A stretch of 53,779 nt of DNA from Gemmatimonadota bacterium (GTDB lineage: Bacteria; Gemmatimonadota; Gemmatimonadetes; Gemmatimonadales; GWC2-71-9). The stretch is taken from the NCBI GenBank assembly GCA_039588295.1, contig JBDHAB010000029.1:1-53779 (forward strand), in the 5' to 3' direction. Numbering within the stretch: position 1 is the first letter of the stretch; the number at the start of each line of letters is the position of its first letter. Below the pieces are notes generated by a model that worked only from the letters and a program-made list of their open reading frames with translations, was not told the DNA's origin and made no database searches. The translations under genes and the position numbers were made by a program. Below, piece by piece: positions 45,410-53,779 of the stretch.

Positions 45410-46834
45410 ATGCAGATGCGGCGGATATTGACGTTGGTATGTGCGACCGGTTTGGTCGCATGCGGCACGGGTGATGCCTTCAGAGGCAGGGTGGACGTGG
45501 TCGCGCGAGCCGGATCGTTTGAGCTTCATCGTGACACGCTTGCGGCCGTGTTCGCGGTGGGAAAGACCCTGCAACTGCGCCGGGACTACCTCGAGCAGTT
45601 CACCCACCGGTGGGTCGAGTTTGCCCTATACGCCGAACGCGTGGTGCAAGGAGACTCACTGCTCGATTCTGCCACGGTCGCGCACGCCATGTGGCCCGAT
45701 GCCAATCAGTGGCTGGTGGACGAGTACCATGATCAACTCGTGGCCGATCGTGTTCAGGTCGATTCGGCGACAGTCGACAGCGCGTTCGCCGCCGGCGAGC
45801 ACCGGCTGATCGATCATATCCTGGTCCGCACCACTCCAGACATGTCACCACCGCAGCGAGCCGACGCTCAACGCAAGGCGGAGCGCTTGCGGGAAAGCCT
45901 CGAATCGGGTGGGTCGTGGGAGCGGGTAAATGAGGAGAACGACGATCCTGTCGCGCGGCGGCAAGGTGGCAGTCTCGGCGTCATCGAGCGCGGTCAGATG
46001 GTAACGCAGTTCGAGGACGCAGCCTTTGCGCTCGGCCCAGGCGAGTTGTCCGAGTTGGTGCAGACGCAATATGGCTTCCACATCGTGCGGCGCCCGCCGT
46101 TGAACGAGGTGCGGCGACGATATCACGACGCGATTGAAGAGGTCATGGTCGGTCGCATGGACGGTGTGATTCTCGAGGAAATCGAAACGCGGTGGGAGGT
46201 CTCGCTACGATCGGGTGCGCCGTCCGCTATGCGCGAAGCGGCGTCCGCCCCCCTCAGCACTTTCACGTCACCGAAGGTCATCGGGACGTACCGGGACGGG
46301 AAATTTACGACGGCCGACTTCGTGCGTTGGCTCCAGGCGCTTCCCACCGCCGTGTATCAGAACGTTGGCGGGGCGTCGGACGATCAGCTACGCGAGCTGG
46401 GCCGCTCGCTGTTGCGCAATGAGGCGCTCGTGCGCGAGGCTCGGCGCGCCGGCATGACGCTGTCCGAAGAGGATTGGGAGTCGCTGCGGGATCGGTTGCG
46501 TGGTGAGCTCACTCGGTTGGAGGACGCGCTCGGGCTCGATTCCTCGCTGGCAACAGTCGACGCAGCGGAGGAGCGCCACCTGATGGCCGATCAAACACTC
46601 AAACGCTACCTCCGGCAGCTGGCAGAATCGGGTGGGCGGGGGATGGTTGTCGTGCCGGCGTTTCTCGCCGACAAGCTGCGGCAGGAGATGGAGTGGGAGG
46701 TGTCGTCGGCGGGACTGGATCAGGCACTTGAGCTGGTCCAGCGGCTCAAGCAGCAAGCGACTACCGCCGAGACCGGGGAGCAGGTTCCAATGCCCGTCGA
46801 TACCGTGGGAGGAGAAGATGCCAGGGATCCGTAG
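45410..46834 (+). CDS. PpiC-type peptidyl-prolyl isomerase, lipoprotein
   Basis: Lipobox LVAC; HILV, GGSLG, FEDAAFAL and TQYGFHIV motifs. Confidence 0.85.
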   Translation: MQMRRILTLVCATGLVACGTGDAFRGRVDVVARAGSFELHRDTLAAVFAVGKTLQLRRDYLEQFTHRWVEFALYAERVVQGDSLLDSATVAHAMWPDANQWLVDEYHDQLVADRVQVDSATVDSAFAAGEHRLIDHILVRTTPDMSPPQRADAQRKAERLRESLESGGSWERVNEENDDPVARRQGGSLGVIERGQMVTQFEDAAFALGPGELSELVQTQYGFHIVRRPPLNEVRRRYHDAIEEVMVGRMDGVILEEIETRWEVSLRSGAPSAMREAASAPLSTFTSPKVIGTYRDGKFTTADFVRWLQALPTAVYQNVGGASDDQLRELGRSLLRNEALVREARRAGMTLSEEDWESLRDRLRGELTRLEDALGLDSSLATVDAAEERHLMADQTLKRYLRQLAESGGRGMVVVPAFLADKLRQEMEWEVSSAGLDQALELVQRLKQQATTAETGEQVPMPVDTVGGEDARDP

Positions 46835-48146
46835 GTGCTGGCCGTGGCTCCTCACCTGTGCAGCGTTGCTGCACGTGTCGCCGGCGCGCGCTCAGGAGGT
46901 GGAGTACCTCCTGGTGGATCGTATTGCGGCGATCGTCGGAGCCACGGTCATTCCGGTCTCGCGCTTGGACGAGCAGGTGAACATCCTCCGTCAACAGGGC
47001 GGTCGGGTGCCGGACGACTCCGCGGGAATGGCCGAGGTGCGCCACCAGCTCCTCAAGAGCATCATCGACGACGAGTTGCTGGTGCAAGCCGCGCTCCGGG
47101 ATACGGCTATCGTGGTGCAGGAGCAGGACGTGCAGACAGCGGTCGAGCGTGCGATGCGCGAGGTGCGCGGACAGTTTGCCTCCGAGCTCGAGTTTCGTCG
47201 CCAGCTCGAAACCTCCAACTTCGGGACGGTGGAGGAGTACCGACGCTGGCTTGCCGACCAGCAGCGGCGCGAACTGCTGCGCGACCAGCTGATACAACGC
47301 CTGCGCGAAATGGGACAACTCTCACCGCTCGCCCCAACGGAGGCCGAGCTCCGAGCGTTCTACGAGGAAACGAAGGCGCAGCAGCCCCAGCGCCCAGAGA
47401 CCGTGGGCTTCCATCAAATCGTGATCCGTATCGAGGCGGACAGCGTGGCCATCGCGGCGGCCCGCAGGCTGGCAGACAGCCTGGTGACCGAGCTGCGCGA
47501 CGGTGCGGACTTCGGTGCCCTGGCTCGTCGCTATTCCGGCGATCCAGGCTCACGCGAGCAGGGAGGCGAGCTTGGATGGGTCCGACGCGGAGTGTTCGTG
47601 CCCGAGTTTGACGCGGTAGCGTTCCGCCTCCGGCCCGGCGTGATCTCCCCTCCGTTCCGCACGGTGTTTGGGTTCCATATCATGGAGGTGCAGCGCTCAC
47701 AGCCGGCGGAGGTGCAGGTGCGCCACATTCTCATCCAGCCGGCGATTACCGAGGCCGATCGGGCGCGCGCGCGCGCGCGCGGCGAGGAGGTTGCCGGAGC
47801 GGTGCGCAACGGCGCACCGTTCGACTCACTGGTGGGGCTCTACCACGACGCGGCCGGACAGGAACAGGTGTTAGTCGCGGACTTTCCGCGCAACGAGCTG
47901 CCGCAGACCTACCAAGACGCCCTTTCCGGGGCCACCCCGGGTGATGTCATTGGCCCGGTCTTGCTCGACGTGGGTGACGGACGGCCGAAGTTCGCGGTGA
48001 TTCGTCTCGATGAGATCCGCCCGGCAGGCGAATACAGCTTCGAGGATCTCCGCGATCGTTTGCGTGACATGCTCTCGAACGAGAGCGCGATGAATCGGTA
48101 CTTGAAGACCCTCCGCGAATCCACCTACATCGAGATTCGACCCTAG
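46818..48146 (+). CDS. surA: SurA-like periplasmic chaperone/PPIase
   Basis: Signal peptide, VDRIAAIVG N-domain, two parvulin domains (GGELGW, FGFHI; VRHILI) and a YIEIR end. Lies upstream of pdxA. Confidence 0.85.
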   Translation: MPGIRRCWPWLLTCAALLHVSPARAQEVEYLLVDRIAAIVGATVIPVSRLDEQVNILRQQGGRVPDDSAGMAEVRHQLLKSIIDDELLVQAALRDTAIVVQEQDVQTAVERAMREVRGQFASELEFRRQLETSNFGTVEEYRRWLADQQRRELLRDQLIQRLREMGQLSPLAPTEAELRAFYEETKAQQPQRPETVGFHQIVIRIEADSVAIAAARRLADSLVTELRDGADFGALARRYSGDPGSREQGGELGWVRRGVFVPEFDAVAFRLRPGVISPPFRTVFGFHIMEVQRSQPAEVQVRHILIQPAITEADRARARARGEEVAGAVRNGAPFDSLVGLYHDAAGQEQVLVADFPRNELPQTYQDALSGATPGDVIGPVLLDVGDGRPKFAVIRLDEIRPAGEYSFEDLRDRLRDMLSNESAMNRYLKTLRESTYIEIRP

Positions 48147-48152
48147 GGACCA

Positions 48153-49043
48153 ATGCGCCCGCGCGTGGCCGTAACCGTGGGAGATCCTCGGGGCATCGGC
48201 CCCGAGGTGGTGGCAAAGGCGCTCGAGACCCCTCCTGCGGATGCCCAGTATGTGCTGATCGGTCCTGCCGCGAACATCCGTGACATTCCGGCGGCCGAGC
48301 ATCTCGCAGTCGAGCCCATGCAGGCGACGTACTCACCGAGGGAGGCGGGCGAGGTCGTGGGGCGTTCCGTCGAGCGCGCCGTCACCCTGGCGCTCGCGAA
48401 CGAGGTGGATGCGATTGTCACGGGTCCTGCCGAGAAACGAGCACTGCATCTCGCCGGCTATCGCTATCCGGGACACACCGAATGGCTCGCAGACTTGGCC
48501 GGCGGTGTAGACGTCGCGATGATGCTCACGACCCGCTCGCTGCGCGTCGTGCTCCTCACGACACACATCCCGCTCGCGGACGTCCCGCGAGCCGTCACGG
48601 TGGAACGACTCCTCACCGTCGGTCGCTTGACCCATCAGGCCCTGGAATCCTGGTGGGGTATCGAGGATCCGCGGCTGGCGGTCTGTGCCCTCAATCCCCA
48701 CGCCGGTGAGGGAGGAGCGTTTGGCACCGAGGACCTGGAGGTGTTGGAGCCCGCCGCCCGAGAGCTCGATGCCGCGGGTCCGCTCCCGGCAGACACGGTG
48801 TTCGTGCGTGCCCTCCGTGGGGAGTTCGACGCCGTGCTGGTGCCGTACCACGACGTCGGGATGGTGGCGGTCAAGGTGTCGGGGTTCGGAACCGGTGTGA
48901 ACGTGACGCTCGGGTTGCCGTTCATCCGGACGGCACCGGATCACGGAACGGCATTCGATATTGCCGGGAAAGGCATGGCGGATCCCGGCTCGATGCGGGA
49001 GGCGATTGCCTTGGCGACAACCCTGGCAGGCCGCGCTCGATAG
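48153..49043 (+). CDS. pdxA: 4-hydroxythreonine-4-phosphate dehydrogenase
   Basis: GDPRGIGPE, PGHTEWL, LNPHAGEGG, PADT, YHD and NVTLGLPFIRTAPDHGTAFDIAG motifs. Confidence 0.95.
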   Translation: MRPRVAVTVGDPRGIGPEVVAKALETPPADAQYVLIGPAANIRDIPAAEHLAVEPMQATYSPREAGEVVGRSVERAVTLALANEVDAIVTGPAEKRALHLAGYRYPGHTEWLADLAGGVDVAMMLTTRSLRVVLLTTHIPLADVPRAVTVERLLTVGRLTHQALESWWGIEDPRLAVCALNPHAGEGGAFGTEDLEVLEPAARELDAAGPLPADTVFVRALRGEFDAVLVPYHDVGMVAVKVSGFGTGVNVTLGLPFIRTAPDHGTAFDIAGKGMADPGSMREAIALATTLAGRAR

Positions 49044-49046
49044 CGC

Positions 49047-50390
49047 TCAGGGTGTTCGCGGCTTACCCGGCGGTTCCTCGGCGCTCTCCCGCACCATCCT
49101 GAGTTTCCCCACCCGACGGCCTTCCATCTCCACCACGTCGAACCGGACCTCGTCGACGCTCACCGAGTCGCCCGCACGGGGGAGTCGTCCCAACTCTCCG
49201 AACACGAAGCCGCCGATCGTCTGGTAATCCTCGTCGGTGATCTCGAGACCGTACTGCTGGTTCAGATCATCGATCTCCGTGTCGCCCGGTAACATCACTC
49301 CGCCGCCGCCAGGCTGGGGCTGCGGTTCCGTGCGGTCGTACTCGTCATAGATCTCGCCGACGATCTCTTCGAGGAGGTCCTCCATGGTGACGATGCCGGC
49401 GGTCCCTCCGTACTCGTCCAGCACCACCGCCATCTGCATCTTGAGGCGCTTCATGTCCGCGAGCACGTCTTCCACTTCGCGAGTGCCCGGCACGAACAGC
49501 GGCGGCTTGGCGATGCTCGTGACCGGCGCATCGCGACGGTCAAGCAACGCGGTGAGAATCTGCTTGACGTGCACGATGCCCACCACGTCATCCGGAGATT
49601 CCTGATACACGGGGTAGCGGGAGCGGCCGACCTGCGCGACCCGCTCGGCAGCCTGTGCAATGGTGAGGTCGCTGGGGAGCGCCTCCATCTCGGTTCGCGG
49701 GGTCATCACGTCGCGTGCGTTCTTTTCGGTGAATTCGAACACGCCCTCGATCATCTGCACGTCCTCGTGATCGAGTTCACCTGCGCGTTGCGTCTGCCGA
49801 GCCAACATGACGAGTTCTTCGGGTTTGTGCACTCGCTCATGCTCCGAAGGCTGGCGAATCCCAAGCAAGCGGAGCAAACCGTTCGCCGAACCGTTCAGGA
49901 CCCAGATGAATGGGTTGGTCGCCATCGTGAACACGATCAGCGGTCCCGCAACCCAGCGGGACGTCGCTTCGGGATACAGCAGTGCCAGTGCCTTGGGGGC
50001 GAGCTCCCCGAGCACGATGTGCAGGAACGTGATGATCATGAACGCGACCGTGCTCGCTATGGTGTGGGTCGCGATGACATCGAAGGGGCTGGCAAGCCCT
50101 TGGAAGGCGGACGAAATAGCTGAGGCAACAGCTGGCTCGCCCATCCATCCGAGACCGAGGCTCGCCACGGTGATTCCAAGTTGGGTTCCCGAGATGTACC
50201 GATCGAGAGACTTGATCGCTTTGCGTGCCAGCTTGGCTTTGGCGTCGCCCCGCAGTACCATAGCCTCGATGCGCGTGCGGCGCGACGCGACCAAGGCGAA
50301 CTCGGCGGCGACGAAGAAGGCATTGGCGGCGACGAGGATGATGACACCGGCCGCGCGCAACGCCAGCGATCCTGCGGAGAGTTCTTCCAT
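49047..50390 (-). CDS. CNNM/hemolysin-family (DUF21-CBS-CorC) membrane protein
   Basis: NAFFVAAEFAL, QLGIT, GELAPK, CBS pair (SRYPV, VLDEYGG..GIVT.ED..EEIVG) and CorC C-domain. Confidence 0.92.
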   Translation of the reverse strand: MEELSAGSLALRAAGVIILVAANAFFVAAEFALVASRRTRIEAMVLRGDAKAKLARKAIKSLDRYISGTQLGITVASLGLGWMGEPAVASAISSAFQGLASPFDVIATHTIASTVAFMIITFLHIVLGELAPKALALLYPEATSRWVAGPLIVFTMATNPFIWVLNGSANGLLRLLGIRQPSEHERVHKPEELVMLARQTQRAGELDHEDVQMIEGVFEFTEKNARDVMTPRTEMEALPSDLTIAQAAERVAQVGRSRYPVYQESPDDVVGIVHVKQILTALLDRRDAPVTSIAKPPLFVPGTREVEDVLADMKRLKMQMAVVLDEYGGTAGIVTMEDLLEEIVGEIYDEYDRTEPQPQPGGGGVMLPGDTEIDDLNQQYGLEITDEDYQTIGGFVFGELGRLPRAGDSVSVDEVRFDVVEMEGRRVGKLRMVRESAEEPPGKPRTP

Positions 50391-50508
50391 AAGTGTGCCG
50401 ACGTCAAAGCTTAGCGCAGTCTGGAAGAAAGGGAAAGCAGGACACGGGCGTGGTCCGGCGCCCTATCTTTCTCTAACGTTCTCTCCTCTCGGCTGGAGGT
50501 CATCGTCG

Positions 50509-51441
50509 GTGATTAGTGTGCAGGACACGAACGTGCCGCCTTCCGGCCGATCGTTGGATTGTGGGCATCGGGTCCCGGAACGGCCGGGTCACCGGCGGGC
50601 GTTGCGTTTCGTCCTGGTCATCACCGCGGTGTTCATGCTGGTGGAGTTGGCAGCCGGGTGGATCGCTAACTCCCTGGCACTCCTCGCGGACGCGGGCCAC
50701 ATGTTCACGGACGTCGGCGCCCTTACGCTGGCGCTGTTTGCCGCCTGGTTCGCGCGACGTCCGGCGACGGCGGACAAGACCTACGGCTACTTGCGGCTCG
50801 AGATCCTCGCGGCGCTGGTGAACGGGGCTGTGCTCTTCGTGGTGGCCGGCCTGATCGTGTGGGATGCCATTGGTCGCCTGGCCAGCCCGCCCGAGGTCGA
50901 GTCCGGCATTCTCATCAGTGTCGCCAGCGTCGGTTTGGTGGTGAACATCGTAGGTGCGAGAATCCTCCACCGCGGTCATAAGGATTCGCTGAACGTGCGC
51001 GGGGCCTACCTCCACGTCCTCGGCGACCTCCTGGGGTCGATTGGGGCAATCCTGGCCGGGCTCGTCATTCTGGTCACGGGGTGGTATCCGGCCGATCCGC
51101 TCATCTCCATCGGGATCGCGCTCCTGATTCTGGTTGGAGCGTGGCGGCTCACGCGTGAGAGCGTGGACATTCTGCTCGAAGCCACGCCGGGACACATCGC
51201 GTTGGGGGAGGTCGAGCGGCAGATCGCCAGCATCTCGGATGTGGACGGCATTCACGATCTCCACGTGTGGACGCTCACCAGCGGCGTCGTCGCCATGAGC
51301 GGGCACGCCATCGTGAGCGATCCGTCTCGCAATCAGGCGGTCTTGGAGACCGTGCAACACCGCCTGGCCGGGCTGGGGATCCAACACGTGACGCTGCAGA
51401 TCGAGCGCAACCACACCTGTGAACCGGAGGGCTCCGGCTAG
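50509..51441 (+). CDS. Cation diffusion facilitator (CzcD/ZitB-like Zn/Co/Cd exporter)
   Basis: SLALLADAGHMFTD, TYGYLRLE, NVRGAYLHVLGD and HDLHVW motifs. GGAGG RBS 9 nt before GTG at 50509. Confidence 0.92.
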   Translation: MISVQDTNVPPSGRSLDCGHRVPERPGHRRALRFVLVITAVFMLVELAAGWIANSLALLADAGHMFTDVGALTLALFAAWFARRPATADKTYGYLRLEILAALVNGAVLFVVAGLIVWDAIGRLASPPEVESGILISVASVGLVVNIVGARILHRGHKDSLNVRGAYLHVLGDLLGSIGAILAGLVILVTGWYPADPLISIGIALLILVGAWRLTRESVDILLEATPGHIALGEVERQIASISDVDGIHDLHVWTLTSGVVAMSGHAIVSDPSRNQAVLETVQHRLAGLGIQHVTLQIERNHTCEPEGSG

Positions 51442-51445
51442 GCGC

Positions 51446-51474
51446 TTGCGCTCCCGCGAGGACCCATCTATACT
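51446..51474 (+). promoter_or_regulatory. Sigma70-type promoter for typA
   Basis: TTGCGC-17 nt-TATACT. Confidence 0.6.
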
Positions 51475-51524
51475 GGCGCTCGCCGACAGACCCACACCAC
51501 ACGACGGAAGTTCGAAGGTTTCCC

Positions 51525-53393
51525 TTGGATATCCGCAACATCGCGATCATCGCGCACGTCGACCACGGCAAGACAACACTGGTGGACAAGATGCTCCGTC
51601 AGGCCGGGGTGTTCCGCGCGAATCAGCAGGTCGCGGATCGTGTGCTGGACTCGAACCCGCTCGAGCGCGAGCGCGGGATTACGATCCTGTCGAAGAATGC
51701 GTCGGTGCGTTGGCACGGCGTCAAGATCAACATCGTCGATACACCGGGGCACGCCGACTTCGGTGGTGAGGTGGAGCGGATTCTCCGAATGGTCAATGGC
51801 GTGCTGCTCCTCGTGGACGCGGCGGAAGGACCGATGCCGCAGACTCGCTTCGTCACCCGCAAGGCGCTGGCGCTCGACCTCCAACCGGTCGTGGTGATCA
51901 ACAAGGTCGACCGAGCCGACGCCAGGCCGGGGGCAGTGCACGACGAGGTGCTGGAGCTGTTCATGGAACTCGAGGCGTCCAACGAACAGCTCGACGCGCC
52001 GTTCGTGTATGCCTCCGCACGACTCGGCGTGGCGGAAACCGAACTGGCTGCGCTCGGTTCGACTCCGTCTGAGAACTCGGGAGATCTCGCGCCGTTGTTC
52101 GAGGCTATCGTGCGCCACGTTCCGGCTCCGAAGGGAGACCGAAACGGTCCGTTCCAGCTGCTGATCTCCACGATCGATTTCTCCTCGTATGTGGGGCGGG
52201 TGGGGATCGGTCGGATCGAGCGCGGTGCGGTGCGCGTTGGGCAGGAAGTGTCCTTGCTGCCGCCCGGCGAGCCGGGCTCCGTGGAGGTGGAGGACGCCGA
52301 GCAGGCGCGCGTCACGCACCTCTACGGGTTTGAGGGGCTGGAGCGGGTCGAAATAGAGCGTGCCAGTGCGGGAGATATCGTGGCGGTGGCGGGAATCGAC
52401 GGGGTGGAGATCGGCAAGACCCTCACCGATGTGGGCTCGCTCGAACGACTGCGGAGCATCGCCGTCGAGGAGCCCACGATCTCCGTCGACTTCATGGTCA
52501 ACAACTCGCCCTTTGCGGGGCGTGCGGGCAAATACGTCACGAGCCGGCAGGTGCGGGAGCGTCTCTTCCGGGAGTTGGAGCGCAACGTGGCGCTCAGGGT
52601 GGTGGAAACCGAACAGCCCGATATCCTCACGGTTTCCGGCCGCGGTGAGTTGCATCTGGCGATTCTCATGGAGACCATGCGCCGTGAGGGGTACGAATTT
52701 CAGGTGAGTCGGCCGCGGGTCATCACCAAGGTTGGCCCGACCGGTGAGCGGCTCGAGCCGTACGAGGAACTGGTGGTGGATGTTCCGGAGGACATGCTCG
52801 GCCCGGTGATGGAAACCCTGGGTCCGCGCCGCGCCGAAATGCTGGATATGCGAAACCACGGACAGGGTCGCGTGCGCCTCAGCTTTCGCGTCCCGGCGCG
52901 CGGGCTGTTCGGCTATCGATCGGAGTTTCTGACGGAGACCCGAGGGGAGGGGGTCTTGCACCACCGGTTTCTCGAGTATGGAGCCTGGGCCAGACCACTG
53001 GTTGGCCGCACTCGGGGCGTGCTCGTGGCGGACCGCGAGGGGGTCGCAGTGGCCTATGCCCTGTGGAACCTGCAGGAGCGGGCCACCATGTTCGCCGGCC
53101 CCGGGGACCCGGTCTACGAAGGTCTCGTGGTCGGGCAGCATGTTCGGACGGGAGACCTTGACGTGAACGTGACGCGAGGTAAGAAACTAACAAACATGCG
53201 GACGACGGCGTCCGACGAGAACGTCCAGCTGGAACCGCCGCGCGAGATCACGCTGGAGTTTGCCCTGGAGTACATCGAGGATGACGAGCTGATCGAGATT
53301 ACGCCCGCGGCCATTCGGTTGCGAAAGCGTGCCCTGGGCGCGATCGATCGCAAGAAGGCGGCACGTCGGGCGCGTGCCGCGAACGGATCATGA
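51525..53393 (+). CDS. typA: Translational GTPase TypA/BipA
   Basis: [45 protein letters not shown] and KKLTNMR motifs. TTG start. Confidence 0.97.
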   Translation: MDIRNIAIIAHVDHGKTTLVDKMLRQAGVFRANQQVADRVLDSNPLERERGITILSKNASVRWHGVKINIVDTPGHADFGGEVERILRMVNGVLLLVDAAEGPMPQTRFVTRKALALDLQPVVVINKVDRADARPGAVHDEVLELFMELEASNEQLDAPFVYASARLGVAETELAALGSTPSENSGDLAPLFEAIVRHVPAPKGDRNGPFQLLISTIDFSSYVGRVGIGRIERGAVRVGQEVSLLPPGEPGSVEVEDAEQARVTHLYGFEGLERVEIERASAGDIVAVAGIDGVEIGKTLTDVGSLERLRSIAVEEPTISVDFMVNNSPFAGRAGKYVTSRQVRERLFRELERNVALRVVETEQPDILTVSGRGELHLAILMETMRREGYEFQVSRPRVITKVGPTGERLEPYEELVVDVPEDMLGPVMETLGPRRAEMLDMRNHGQGRVRLSFRVPARGLFGYRSEFLTETRGEGVLHHRFLEYGAWARPLVGRTRGVLVADREGVAVAYALWNLQERATMFAGPGDPVYEGLVVGQHVRTGDLDVNVTRGKKLTNMRTTASDENVQLEPPREITLEFALEYIEDDELIEITPAAIRLRKRALGAIDRKKAARRARAANGS

Positions 53394-53440
53394 GCAGGAG
53401 CACCTAACCACTCGCACCGCAAAGGAGCCTGGGAGGAGCC

Positions 53441-53653
53441 ATGTTGCCGTGGGGGACGTCGTACACGCTGCGAGTCGTCGCGCGGTACGAGTATGACGAA
53501 GATCTCGAAGGGTACAGCGACTTCGATGAGGACGACGAGGACGACGACGAGGAGTCCGACGACGAGTACGAGGAATACGACGAATACGAGGAAGAGTGGG
53601 ACGACGGGGACGAACCCAAGCCCCCACGTCGTCGCGGCGACTGGGAGGGCTAG
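53441..53653 (+). CDS. Small highly acidic protein
   Basis: GGAGGAG RBS immediately upstream. 70 aa with 32 Asp/Glu, encoded mostly by GAC/GAG codons consistent with the genome bias. Confidence 0.7.
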   Translation: MLPWGTSYTLRVVARYEYDEDLEGYSDFDEDDEDDDEESDDEYEEYDEYEEEWDDGDEPKPPRRRGDWEG

Positions 53654-53704
53654 ACGCGCAGTTTGGCCCCTGAGTTGGGGCAGTTAGATTGTGGTCGTCA
53701 AGCA

Positions 53705-53778
<74 letters not shown>

Positions 53779-53779
53779 T

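Noticed and set aside
53490..53612. GAC/GAG-rich repeats as a microsatellite or CRISPR-like array
   Set aside because: They are codon-level repeats of the acidic protein, with no repeat-spacer structure. No cas genes occur anywhere in the window.

Overview
High-GC bacterial chromosomal segment. Gene content and order suggest Gemmatimonadota (inference, not searched). It is densely coding and mostly housekeeping. In order: tRNA-Asn, uvrA, a flippase-like membrane protein, a triple-FHA protein plus PP2C phosphatase, an HD hydrolase, pckA, a six-gene metal-uptake operon, an alkaline phosphatase divergent from a secreted SurE, pcm, a TetR-TolC-HlyD-ABC (YbhGFSR-like) efflux operon, a tightly coupled lepA-ROK-pfkB-(STAS/HATPase)-(STAS/wHTH)-metC-like-ftsEX-envC operon, a GGT-family enzyme, an M28 peptidase, a sigma54-preceded DUF4384-like protein, DUF58-BatA-mfd-PPIase-surA-pdxA, CNNM and CDF transporters, typA, a small acidic protein and tRNA-Ile. 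I found no integrase, transposase, CRISPR array or rRNA. The best candidate for an undescribed system is at 10333-15371 (minus strand). A 111-aa leader ORF with an N-terminal membrane segment, a His/Cys cluster and a C-terminal RAPP ribosome-arrest motif lies 77 nt upstream of a His-tailed porin, a Zn/Mn-type binding protein, a permease with no ATPase gene, a small beta-barrel and a Zn-metalloprotease lipoprotein. This looks like a metal-sensing arrest peptide controlling a TonB-independent metal uptake operon. The second candidate is a STAS-kinase / STAS-wHTH partner-switch pair embedded between sugar kinases and ftsEX-envC. All family assignments come from motif recognition by eye; no searches were run.
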